From: an uncultured Gemmatimonadales bacterium | GTDB taxonomy: Bacteria; Gemmatimonadota; Gemmatimonadetes; Gemmatimonadales; GWC2-71-9 | Length of the DNA stretch: 64,000 nt | Reading direction: 5' to 3' | Assembly (NCBI GenBank): GCA_963762545.1 | Contig: CAVXLC010000003.1 | Span: 130,967 to 194,966 of the forward strand | Shown here: piece after piece, positions 44,025 to 55,038 of the stretch | Numbering within the stretch: position 1 is the stretch's first letter | Layout of the letters: every line of letters starts with the position of its first letter | Notes under the pieces: generated by a model | Databases searched by the model: none | What the model was told of the DNA's origin: nothing | What the model saw: only the letters and a program-made list of their open reading frames with translations | Program-made: the position numbers and the translations under genes

Positions 44025-44098
44025 TAGCAGGGGCGGGACTCGAACCCGCGACCCCGGCATTATGAGTGCCGTGCTCTAACCAGCTGAGCTACCCTGCC
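44025..44098 (-). tRNA. tRNA-Met (CAU anticodon, elongator type)
   Basis: The reverse complement folds as GGCAGGG-TA-GCTC-AGCTGGTTA-GAGC-A-CGGCA-CTCATAA-TGCCG-GGGTC-GCGGG-TTCGAGT-CCCGC-CCCTGCT-A. This is a cloverleaf with the GTTCGAGTC T-loop and no encoded CCA. It lacks the initiator features (no 1:72 mismatch, no GGG/CCC anticodon stem). I cannot exclude tRNA-Ile2 (lysidine). Confidence 0.9.
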
Positions 44099-44143
44099 GG
44101 AACCGCGCAAAATAGCGCCCGCGCCCCTCGATGTCACCCACCG

Positions 44144-45777
<1,634 letters not shown>

Positions 45778-45813
45778 CTAGTGCGCCCGGCCGCCCGAAC
45801 CCGACCTGACGTG

Positions 45814-46734
45814 CTAGGGAAGGGTGCCCCACATCTGCCGGATGACCCGCCACCGGCCGGCGGAATCGGGGGCGACCAGGATCAAATCGAGGGACCGGCT
45901 GGTCTGAGCCGTCGGCGGGCCGCCCTTCGCGTAGTCCCAACCAAGCGCCGCGGTCCCGCGAATAAAGGCCAGTCCCTTGGTGCCGTCGATCTCGACAATC
46001 CGGCGGTCGAATGAGGTGATTCGCGTGTGCGAGCCGTCGGCCGGCCACCAGTAGGCACGGATCCCGTCGAGGCCCGAAACCGGCCGGGACCCGGGCGGCA
46101 GCAGAACGGCGTCGGACCGGAACACACCGAGGACGGCGGTGGTGTCGTCCCGGAGCCAACCCTGCACGAAGGTGGAGTCGAGGGCGCGAATCGCCGCCCG
46201 ATCCTCGGCCCCGATCGGCGCTCCGCCGGGGATTGGGGACGTCGAGCTCGAGGAGTAGTAGGCGTCGAAGCCGACCGCCCAGGTTCGGCCGCCGTCGGTC
46301 GACTGCTCGATGACCTGGCGAACCCGCCCGTCTGGCAGGGGGGAAAGGGTCGTGCGGTCCAGCACCAGCGAGCCGTCCGCCCGCGGCAGCTCCCCCTGAA
46401 ACCGAACCGCGCCATCAGGGTAGCGGGCAATCAAGCGCTTTTCCTTGACCCCACCAGGCTCCACCCAGACCTGCTTCCAGTCTTTCCGGCCACGCAGATA
46501 GTAGAAGAAACTCTTGCCCTCTTCGCCACTCATGTCCTGCCAGTTCTCGACGAGGGCGCAGCCGCCGGCGACCTTCTCGATCCGGTTGTGGCCGACGAGG
46601 ACATCCTTCTCCTTGACGTCCCAGGTCCCCACCCAAAAATCGAGAACGTGATACGCCGGGATGGAATCGCACGCCGGGTCGGCCCGGGGCACCGACAGCG
46701 AGGCGGCCAGGAGGATGAGGATTCCGTTCGTCAT
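45814..46734 (-). CDS. secreted two-domain hypothetical protein (DUF1579-like N-terminal half + DUF4440/SnoaL-like C-terminal half)
   Basis: Signal peptide MTNGILILLAASLSV. LDFWVGTWDV...STDGGRTWAV resembles DUF1579. IRALDSTFVQGWLRDD...RWRVIRQMW resembles an NTF2-like domain. Family names are tentative. Confidence 0.65.
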   Translation of the reverse strand: MTNGILILLAASLSVPRADPACDSIPAYHVLDFWVGTWDVKEKDVLVGHNRIEKVAGGCALVENWQDMSGEEGKSFFYYLRGRKDWKQVWVEPGGVKEKRLIARYPDGAVRFQGELPRADGSLVLDRTTLSPLPDGRVRQVIEQSTDGGRTWAVGFDAYYSSSSTSPIPGGAPIGAEDRAAIRALDSTFVQGWLRDDTTAVLGVFRSDAVLLPPGSRPVSGLDGIRAYWWPADGSHTRITSFDRRIVEIDGTKGLAFIRGTAALGWDYAKGGPPTAQTSRSLDLILVAPDSAGRWRVIRQMWGTLP

Positions 46735-46831
46735 GACTGCTCCGTGCCAGTACTGCGGGGCGGCGGCGGCAACCGATCCCCCAAGCTGGAGCGACCCGGC
46801 CGGTCGTGGCTATCACGCCCTTGCTCGGGCG

Positions 46832-47548
46832 CTACTCCCGCGCCCCCATGGCCAGGAGCGCTGCCCGGGCCTGCTTGGCCAGCCCATCCCGCGCCTCGTA
46901 GTCCAGCCCGGCCGTGGGGATCGGCTCTCCGATCCGGAGGGTGACGGTACCGGGTTTCGGGCTCCAGCTTCCCCGCGGCATCAGCGCGTGGGTATTCTCG
47001 CAGAAAACCGGCACCACCGGCGCCCCCGCGGCGATGGCCAGCACGAACGGTCCCTTCTTGAACGCCTTGAGCCGCCCGTCGCGCGACCGGGTGCCCTCGG
47101 CGAACACCACGGCCGAGCTGCCCTCGTCCCGGACGAACTTGGCCGCCTCATCGTAGGCCGCGAAAGCCGCGGAAAGCTTGCGCCGGTCGATCGGGATGTG
47201 GCGCGCCGCGCGCATCGCCTGGCCCATCAACGGAATCCAGTCCATTCCCTTCTTGTAGACGAACCGGATCGTGCCGGGGAACTCGGCCAGGATGGCCCAG
47301 ATGTCCACGAAGGACGCGTGGTTCGAGATGAACACCTTGGGTTCGGGGGCCAGCAGGCGTTCGCGGCCCTCCACCCGGACGGTGATGCCGGTGCCGCGGA
47401 GCATGCCTTGGGCCCAGCGACGGGCGCAGGTATCGTAGACGCCGCCGCGACGCTGTCTCACGCCGGTCAGGGCGGCGAACAGCACCTTCCCGCCGTACCA
47501 CCCCATGTAGATGATGAACGAGGTGACGTAGCGCAGGAATCCGATCAT
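46832..47548 (-). CDS. plsC: 1-acyl-sn-glycerol-3-phosphate acyltransferase
   Basis: The ATG at 47548 overlaps the thiL stop (ATGA). Block I is FISNHASFVDIW, block II FVYKKGM, block III VVFAEGTRSRDG, block IV PVVPV. The listed 492-aa extension is rejected. Confidence 0.85.
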   Translation of the reverse strand: MIGFLRYVTSFIIYMGWYGGKVLFAALTGVRQRRGGVYDTCARRWAQGMLRGTGITVRVEGRERLLAPEPKVFISNHASFVDIWAILAEFPGTIRFVYKKGMDWIPLMGQAMRAARHIPIDRRKLSAAFAAYDEAAKFVRDEGSSAVVFAEGTRSRDGRLKAFKKGPFVLAIAAGAPVVPVFCENTHALMPRGSWSPKPGTVTLRIGEPIPTAGLDYEARDGLAKQARAALLAMGARE

Positions 47549-48471
47549 GCGAAGTGATCGTATCCGCCGGGCTGGACCGGCCGGCCGTCGAGAGTGAACG
47601 AGACCCCGGCTCCCACGGCGAACTCCCCGATTCGCGTGAGCGCAATGTCCTTGGTGCCGGCGAACCGGGGGGGCATCGCGGCCAGGAGCTCGTAGTCTTC
47701 CCCGCCCCACGCCGCGAAGAGCGCCGGCCGCTGCGATCCGGCCTCCGCCTCCGCCCGCGCGGCCGGGTGCACCGGAAGGTCCCGAAGCTCGACGTGCAGG
47801 GCAAGCTCCGACGCGGCGGCCAGGTGACCGGCATCGGCCCCCAGACCATCGCTCAGGTCCATCATGGCGGTGGCGCCGTGCTCCACCAGCCAGCGTCCTT
47901 CGGGCAGGCGCGGCTCCGGGCGGGCGAATCGCTCGCGGGCGCCGGCGACCGGCATGCGTCCGGCCGCCCACGCCGCCAGCGCGGCGCGGGCGCCTCCAAG
48001 CTCCCCGGTCACCCACAAGCCGTCGCCGGCCCGGGCGCCCCGCCGTGAGATCGCCGTGCCGGCCCGGCCGACGACCGTCACCGCCACCGCCATCGCGTCG
48101 CCACGCGAGAGATCCCCTCCCAGCACGACGCCACCGACCGACGCCAGCGCGGCATCGACGCCGCGCATCACCGCGACGAAGGTGGACTCGGGCTCCCGCG
48201 GCTGGGTGGTGAGTGCCACCAGCGCACCGATGCATTCGGCGCCGGCCGCCGCGAGATCCGAGAGGGCTCCGGCGGTCGCGCGCCAGCCGATTTCCTCGGG
48301 GCCGAGCCATTTCCGCTGGAAGTGCACCCCCTCGACACTCACGTCGATGCTCAGCGCGATCAGGCCTTCACCGGCGGGGACATAGCGGACGTCGCTGCCC
48401 AGCCCCTCCGCCCTCGGCCCGAGCGCCCGCATGATGGCGCGGATCCGGTCGAACTCGGGACCGCCGGCCAT
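47545..48471 (-). CDS. thiL: thiamine-monophosphate kinase
   Basis: The ATG at 48471 gives MAGGPEFDRIRAI. SIDVSVEGVHF, GWRATAGALSDLAAAGA, VLGGDLS, MMDLSDGL and GGEDYELL are AIR-synthase-like/ThiL blocks. The GTG at 48486 is an alternative start. Confidence 0.85.
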   Translation of the reverse strand: MAGGPEFDRIRAIMRALGPRAEGLGSDVRYVPAGEGLIALSIDVSVEGVHFQRKWLGPEEIGWRATAGALSDLAAAGAECIGALVALTTQPREPESTFVAVMRGVDAALASVGGVVLGGDLSRGDAMAVAVTVVGRAGTAISRRGARAGDGLWVTGELGGARAALAAWAAGRMPVAGARERFARPEPRLPEGRWLVEHGATAMMDLSDGLGADAGHLAAASELALHVELRDLPVHPAARAEAEAGSQRPALFAAWGGEDYELLAAMPPRFAGTKDIALTRIGEFAVGAGVSFTLDGRPVQPGGYDHFA

Positions 48472-48493
48472 CGGGAGCGGACTCACCGGGTGG

Positions 48494-50056
48494 TCAGGCA
48501 CGGGCCGGGGCGGGCAGCTCGTGCAACACCGGCAGGCGGGCCGGGGGCGGCATGCGGCGGACCAGATCCCAGCGGCGCCAGACATCGGGCAGGGCGGCCA
48601 GCACATCCATCGGGCGCATGGTGCGCGCGCTGGTGCGCCGCGCGGCCAGGTCGGCGGCCTCGCCCAGGGCCACCGCGGCGGTCGCGGCCGCGAGCGCGGG
48701 GTCTTCCCCCTGCCCCGCGATGGCGGAGAGCAGCCCGCTCAGCGTGTCGCCGCTCCCGCCGGTGGCGAGGCCGGGATTGCCCGCCGCGATCGTCAGCGTG
48801 GCGCGACCCGGACCGGCAATGACCGTCGGCACGCCCTTGAGCAGCACCGTGGTGCCGGCGCGCGCCGCCGCCGCCTCGGCGGCGCCCCAGGGATCCACAT
48901 CCACCCGGGAGGCCTCCTCCGGAAAGAGGGCCCGGAACTCACCGGCGTGCGGCGTCAGCAGCGCGCGGCGCCCGGCCAGCGCGTCGCGCAGGCGGTCCAC
49001 CTGGCCGGCAAACGCCATGAGGCCATCGGCGTCCAGCACCAGGGTGGCGCCCGCGGGCGAGGCCGCGATGGCGCCGAGGATGAAGTCTGGTCGCGAAGCC
49101 CGGCGGCCGAGCCCCGGGCCGATCACCACCGCATCGGCCCGGCCGAGGAGGGCGATGGTGCGCGGCGAGGGCATGGCCTCGAACGGCTGGACGCAGGTCT
49201 GCAGATCGGGCTCGGCGCTGGAGACCACGGTGACCGATCCCGCCGGGGCCACCAGGTGCACCAGCCCGGCGCCGGCGGCGAAGGCGGCGCGCGCGGCCAG
49301 GCGCGCGGCACCCAGCATGCCCTCGTCGCCCCCGATCACCACCACCCGTCCCCGGGTGCCCTTGTGCGCGTCGGCCGGAAACGGCGCCAGCTGGCGGGCC
49401 GCGGCGCCTTCGGTGAACAGGGTGGGCCAGGAGGGATCCGGCGCGGGCAGACCAATATCCACGAGCACCAGGTCGCCGGTCTCGTCGCGGGCCAGCAGCT
49501 GCCCGCGCCGATAGCCGCCGAAGGTGATGCTCATCGTGGCCCGGACCGGCCCCCGCTGGACCCCGTCGTCGAGGTCGAGGCCGCTGGGTCCGTCCACCGC
49601 GAAGATGGGGATCTCGAGATCGACGAGGCGGGGCAACAGCTCCGCGACCGCGCCCCGCGGCGCGCCCCTGGCGCCGGTGCCCAGCAGCGCATCCACTACG
49701 ATGCCGGCATTGGGCCACGGGCCCTCCGCGGCGACACCGCGCACGCCTTCGTCGCGGGCCAGCGCGGCCATGGCCCGGGGAAGCTCGCCGCCCGGTTCCG
49801 CCGGTGACGTGACCCACACCGGCACCCCGGCCGCGTGGAGCGCCCGCGCCATGACCCAGCCGTCGCCGCCATTGTGGCCGGGCCCCGCCGCCACCAGTAC
49901 CCCGGCGCGCAGGCGATCGGGAAACCGCGCGGCCAGCACGCCCGCGGCGGCGCGCCCGGCGCATTCCATGAGGGTGGGGAGTCCGATGCCGAGCGAGGAG
50001 GCACGCTGATCCCAGGATTGGGCCTGGGCAACGGAAAGGACGGGGATGGTTGTCAT
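48494..50056 (-). CDS. nnr: bifunctional NAD(P)H-hydrate repair enzyme (epimerase + ADP-dependent dehydratase), YjeF family
   Basis: 520 aa. The N-terminal YjeF_N part has LMECAGRAAA...AAGPGHNGGDG...VDALLGTG. The C-terminal carbohydrate-kinase-like part has HKGTRGRVVVIGG...GPGLG...LTPHAGEF...LKG...GNPGLATGGSGDTLSG. Confidence 0.9.
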   Translation of the reverse strand: MTTIPVLSVAQAQSWDQRASSLGIGLPTLMECAGRAAAGVLAARFPDRLRAGVLVAAGPGHNGGDGWVMARALHAAGVPVWVTSPAEPGGELPRAMAALARDEGVRGVAAEGPWPNAGIVVDALLGTGARGAPRGAVAELLPRLVDLEIPIFAVDGPSGLDLDDGVQRGPVRATMSITFGGYRRGQLLARDETGDLVLVDIGLPAPDPSWPTLFTEGAAARQLAPFPADAHKGTRGRVVVIGGDEGMLGAARLAARAAFAAGAGLVHLVAPAGSVTVVSSAEPDLQTCVQPFEAMPSPRTIALLGRADAVVIGPGLGRRASRPDFILGAIAASPAGATLVLDADGLMAFAGQVDRLRDALAGRRALLTPHAGEFRALFPEEASRVDVDPWGAAEAAAARAGTTVLLKGVPTVIAGPGRATLTIAAGNPGLATGGSGDTLSGLLSAIAGQGEDPALAAATAAVALGEAADLAARRTSARTMRPMDVLAALPDVWRRWDLVRRMPPPARLPVLHELPAPARA

Positions 50057-50077
50057 GGGGGGAGATACCGCCGGTGC

Positions 50078-50466
50078 TTACCCCTCTCCTCCCGGAATGC
50101 CCTGCCATTCGTATCCCTGGTCGAACGCCTTCTCGAATGCGTACACCCCGTGGAAGTCTTCCACCCGGTCGCCCGGCTGGGTGACCAGAAGTCCCACATC
50201 CACCAGGGTGTAGACGATCCGGCCGAAGTCCTCGGTACCGCGAATGCCCCAGTGCTCCAGGACCGTGCGGGCCAGGAGACCATACTGCTCCAGGGCGAAG
50301 TCCCGGCAGGCCAGCGTGAGCTCGGGCCCGGTGACGTGGCGGCGCTCCGGCAGCTTGGTCTGCAGGTACTCGATGCTGGCGAGCATGAAGAGAAAGGCGC
50401 GCTCGTCGTAGCGGTCCCCGTGCCGGCGGATCCGCTCGAGCACCTCGCCGGCAAACCGGATGTCGC

Positions 50467-50470
<4 letters not shown>
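50078..50470 (-). CDS. conserved hypothetical protein (130 aa)
   Basis: ATG start. Its stop lies 21 nt before the nnr start, and its start overlaps the glyA stop. Non-artefactual composition ([20 protein letters not shown]...). It possibly belongs to the small Minf_1886-type family, but this is from memory and unverified. Confidence 0.6.
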
Positions 50471-51736
<1,266 letters not shown>

Positions 51737-51744
<8 letters not shown>

Positions 51745-52186
51745 CCGCGGAGGTCTCCTCGATCTTGGCCACGCGGCGCGCGTGCCGGCCACCGGCAAAG
51801 GGAGTGCTGAGCCATTCCCGGAGTATCGTCACACCCTGCTCCTCATCGACGAAACGGGCCGGCAGGACCAGCACGTTGGCGTCGTTGTGCTCCCGCGCCA
51901 GATGGGCGATTTCCGGCGTCCAGGCCACCGCCGCGCGGACACCCGGGTGCCGGTTGGCCGCGTAGCTCATGCCCAGCCCGGTGCCGCACAGCAGGACCCC
52001 ACGGGCGTTCTCGCCGCTCTCCACCCGTCCCGCCACCCGGTGCGCGAAGTCGGGGTAGTCCACCGAGTCCCCGGTGTGGGTGCCCACATCGACCGGCTGA
52101 TACCCGAGCGATGCAAGCTCCTTCACCAGCCGTTCCTTGAGCCGGAACCCGGCGTGATCGGCTCCGATGGGAATCGCCTCGGCCAT
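51737..52186 (-). CDS. rpiB: ribose-5-phosphate isomerase B
   Basis: 149 aa with [35 protein letters not shown] and [13 protein letters not shown], the RpiB/LacAB signature. Confidence 0.9.
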
Positions 52187-52219
52187 AGCTATCCAATCTA
52201 AGGCGGGACGGCCCGTCGG

Positions 52220-53284
52220 CTAGGCGCCATGCATCCACATGCGCCGGAGCCCGCCGACCGACGCGAGCCGCTCCTCCGCCAGCCGGTCGGCCGCCTGGAA
52301 CGAGGGAATGCCGTCCCGCTGGGCGATCGCGAAGATCTTGAGGATCGCGTCGTAGATCTCGGCCGCCTTGCGCTTGGCACGATCGAGCGGCCACCCCTGC
52401 AGCTCGCCGTATACGTTGATGAGACCGCCGCCGTTGATCACGAAATCGGGAGCGTAGATCATGCCCCGCTTCTCCAGCTCCACCCCGTGGCGCTCCTCGG
52501 CCAGCTGGTTGTTGGCTCCCCCCGCCACGATCTCCACCGTGAGGCGCTTGAGGGTGCCGTCGTTGATGGTGGCGCCCAGCGCGCAGGGCGCGAAGATGTC
52601 GCCCTTCTGATCGTAGATCGCCTCGGGGGCCACGCTCGCGGCGCCGAATTCCTGCACCACGCGCTTGACCTTGGCCGCGTCGATGTCGGTCACCACGATC
52701 CGGGCCCCCTCCTGATGCAGGTGCGAGCAGAGGGAGTAGGCCACCTTCCCGGCGCCCTGCACCAGCACGGTCCTGCCCGACAGCGCATCGCTGCCCCAGC
52801 GCTGCCGGGCCGCGGCCTTCATGCCCATGTAGACGCCGTACCCGGTCACCGGCGACGGATCCCCCGAGAGATTCTGGAGCCCGGCCACGTGGGCGGTTTC
52901 CCCCCGGACGTACTCCATGTCGGCCGGCGAGGTGCCGATGTCCTCGGCGGTGATGTACCGCCCCCCCAGCGATTCGACGAAGCGGCCGTGGGCGCGGAAC
53001 AGCGTCTCCCGATCGGCCCGCGTGTTGTCGCCCACGATCACCGCCTTGCCGCCGCCCAGATCGAGGCCGGCCACCGCCGCCTTGTAGGTCATCCCGCGCG
53101 CCAGCCGGAGCGCGTCGGTGATTGCCTCATCGGTGGACCCGTAGTTCCAGAACCGGGTGCCGCCCAGCGCGGGGCCCAGCGTGGTATCGTGAATCGCGAT
53201 GATGCCGAAGTACCCGCACGACGGCTCGTGGCAGAAGACGACCTGCTCGTGCCGCCAGTGCTTCATCTCTCCCAGAACGTCCAT
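52220..53284 (-). CDS. Leu/Phe/Val dehydrogenase (leucine dehydrogenase-like)
   Basis: IIAIHDTTLGPALGGTRFWNY, MTYKAAVAGLDLGGGKAVI (catalytic Lys block), VQGAGKVAYSL (Rossmann) and AGGANNQL. Confidence 0.85.
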   Translation of the reverse strand: MDVLGEMKHWRHEQVVFCHEPSCGYFGIIAIHDTTLGPALGGTRFWNYGSTDEAITDALRLARGMTYKAAVAGLDLGGGKAVIVGDNTRADRETLFRAHGRFVESLGGRYITAEDIGTSPADMEYVRGETAHVAGLQNLSGDPSPVTGYGVYMGMKAAARQRWGSDALSGRTVLVQGAGKVAYSLCSHLHQEGARIVVTDIDAAKVKRVVQEFGAASVAPEAIYDQKGDIFAPCALGATINDGTLKRLTVEIVAGGANNQLAEERHGVELEKRGMIYAPDFVINGGGLINVYGELQGWPLDRAKRKAAEIYDAILKIFAIAQRDGIPSFQAADRLAEERLASVGGLRRMWMHGA

Positions 53285-53309
53285 GATCTCCTCGGAAAGT
53301 CAGGATTCA

Positions 53310-53356
53310 GGTTGAGGATTGAGGATCGAGGTTGCCTCAATCCTCGATCCTCGATC
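53310..53356. repeat. long imperfect hairpin built from tandem GAGGATY units and their inverted complement
   Basis: Left arm ...GTTGAGGATTGAGGATCGAGG, loop ttg, right arm CCTCAATCCTCGATCCTCGATCC. It forms about 22 pairs on the plus strand with one mismatch and a few G-U pairs. It fills the hbd-ldh intergenic gap. Confidence 0.55.
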
Positions 53357-54199
53357 CTAGTACGTGTAAAACCCGCGCCCGGTCTTGCGGCCCAGGTCTC
53401 CCGCGGCGACCATCTTTCTGAGCAGGGGGCAGGGCCGGTACTTCGGATCCCCGAGCCCCCGGTGCATCACCTCGAGAATCGCGAGACAGACGTCGAGCCC
53501 GATGAAATCCGCCAGCGCCAGCGGTCCCATCGGGTGCGCCATGCCGAGCTTCATCACCGTGTCCACCGCCTCGGGGGTCGCCACGCCCTCCATGACCGCG
53601 AACATGGCCTCGTTCAGCATCGGCATCAGGATCCGGTTGGCCACGAAGCCGGGATAGTCGTTCACCTCCACCGGCGTCTTGCCGAGCGCCCGGGCAACCT
53701 CCAGCGTGCGGTGCATGGTCGGGTCGCTGGTGGCGTGCCCCCGGATCACCTCGACCAGCTGCATCACCGGCACCGGATTCATGAAGTGCATCCCGATCAC
53801 CTGCTCCGGGCGTCGGGTCGTGGCGGCGATCTCGGTGATCGAAATGGAGCTGGTGTTGCTGGCCAGGATCGCGCCCGGCGGGGCCACGGTGTCCAGGGTG
53901 CGAAAGATCTCGAACTTGAGGTCCGGTCGCTCGGTGGCCGCCTCCACCACCAGCTCCGCGCCGGACGCGGCCTCCAGCGCCGTGCGGCCGGCGATCCGGC
54001 CCAGGATCTCCGCCGGCGCCGTGGCCGCGATGGTGCCCTTCTTCACCTGGCGTTCCAGGTTCGCCTGGATCGCCGCGAGGCCCCGGGCCAGCGCCGCCTC
54101 CGATACGTCGATCAAGGTCACGCTCCAGCCGTGCTGGGCGAACACATGGGCAATCCCGTTGCCCATGGTACCGGCGCCCACGACCGCCACGTTGCTCAT
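53357..54199 (-). CDS. hbd: 3-hydroxybutyryl-CoA dehydrogenase
   Basis: The ATG at 54199 gives MSNVAVVGAGTMGNGIAHVFA. Also ASNTSSISIT, MHFMNPVPVMQLVE, GFVANRIL and PMGPLALADFIGLD. The start overlaps the CPBP stop (ATGA). The listed 569-aa extension is rejected. Confidence 0.9.
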   Translation of the reverse strand: MSNVAVVGAGTMGNGIAHVFAQHGWSVTLIDVSEAALARGLAAIQANLERQVKKGTIAATAPAEILGRIAGRTALEAASGAELVVEAATERPDLKFEIFRTLDTVAPPGAILASNTSSISITEIAATTRRPEQVIGMHFMNPVPVMQLVEVIRGHATSDPTMHRTLEVARALGKTPVEVNDYPGFVANRILMPMLNEAMFAVMEGVATPEAVDTVMKLGMAHPMGPLALADFIGLDVCLAILEVMHRGLGDPKYRPCPLLRKMVAAGDLGRKTGRGFYTY

Positions 54200-55038
54200 G
54201 CGATGCTCTCCCGTATGGTGCGCCGCCCCGCGAGGATCGCCCCCGCCGTGAGGCAGAGTGAGGCCAGGATGCCGCCCTCGGGGCCGAATCCGCCCCCCGT
54301 GAGCCAGGCCGGCCCGCGGGTCGTGTAGTCGAGCCAGGGAATCGGCAGGACCAGGCCGCTCACCGGCGCGGCCAGCCCGGCCAGGGTCAGGTTCCAGCCG
54401 AGGTGCGCGCCGGTCGAGGTCCACAGACCGCCCCGGGTGAAGAACGCCAGCCCGAGAAACACTCCCGCGAGCGCGATATTGGCCAGCGCGAGGGGCGTGA
54501 TGCCGTCGTTCCAGAGGTGGGCCGCGCCGAACAGCAGGGCCAGGCCGATCAGCGCCGCGCCCCGGCCGAAGGCCCGCGACAGCGCCACCATGGGCACGCC
54601 GCGAAAGATCAGCTCTTCCACCAGGGCCGCGGGGAACAGCAGCAGCGCGGTGACGCCGATCGCGCCCAGCCAGCCGAACACTGTCCCGCCGTCGTCCCGC
54701 CACTCGGCCCGGCCCGCCACGACCGCCGTGGACATGGCCACCGCGGCGAGCACACCGCCGAGCAGGAATCCGCGCCCGAACCCCCGGACCCCCTGCGGCA
54801 CCGGCACCAGGCCGAAATCGGCGGCGCCGAGTCCGAGTCCGCGCACCCCCACCAGCCAGGTCATGAGCGCGAAGATCAGCAGCAGCACGGAGGCCTGGAG
54901 CGCTGCGGAAAAGAACGCCCCGCCGGTGAGGACGGGGCGGAGGATGGCGGCCACCAGCCGCAGAACAACCAGGGAGAGGGCCAAGCCCCCTCCCAGGAAT
55001 ACCAGCGAGCTTCCGGCGGCCCGAAGGCGGCCGATCAA
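54196..55038 (-). CDS. CPBP family intramembrane glutamic endopeptidase (CAAX protease/Abi family)
   Basis: About eight hydrophobic helices. Motif 1 is ALVEELIFRG (EExxxR), motif 2 is LLFGAAH, and a later HLGWN is present. The longest ORF begins at a TTG overlapping the thiolase stop (TTGA), so the start is uncertain. Confidence 0.8.
   Translation of the reverse strand: MIGRLRAAGSSLVFLGGGLALSLVVLRLVAAILRPVLTGGAFFSAALQASVLLLIFALMTWLVGVRGLGLGAADFGLVPVPQGVRGFGRGFLLGGVLAAVAMSTAVVAGRAEWRDDGGTVFGWLGAIGVTALLLFPAALVEELIFRGVPMVALSRAFGRGAALIGLALLFGAAHLWNDGITPLALANIALAGVFLGLAFFTRGGLWTSTGAHLGWNLTLAGLAAPVSGLVLPIPWLDYTTRGPAWLTGGGFGPEGGILASLCLTAGAILAGRRTIRESIA

Noticed and set aside
46832-48310. Long N-terminal extensions of real genes in the ORF track (this one, and also 1631-2827, 4091-5629, 15920-16930, 36132-37760, 53357-55066, 40741-41388, 28599-29819)
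   Set aside because: The extensions overlap the upstream gene in another frame and are Arg/Pro/Gly-rich. Internal starts give proteins of canonical length, with expected N-termini and 4-nt overlaps with the upstream stop.
52229-54328. 699-aa plus-strand ORF spanning ldh, the intergenic hairpin and hbd
   Set aside because: It crosses two well-supported minus-strand genes and a non-coding repeat hairpin. No motifs are present, so it is an antisense artefact. The same applies to 27141-28706 (-), 21617-23041 (+), 44431-46014 (+), 48431-49807 (+), 62726-63922 (-) and similar entries.
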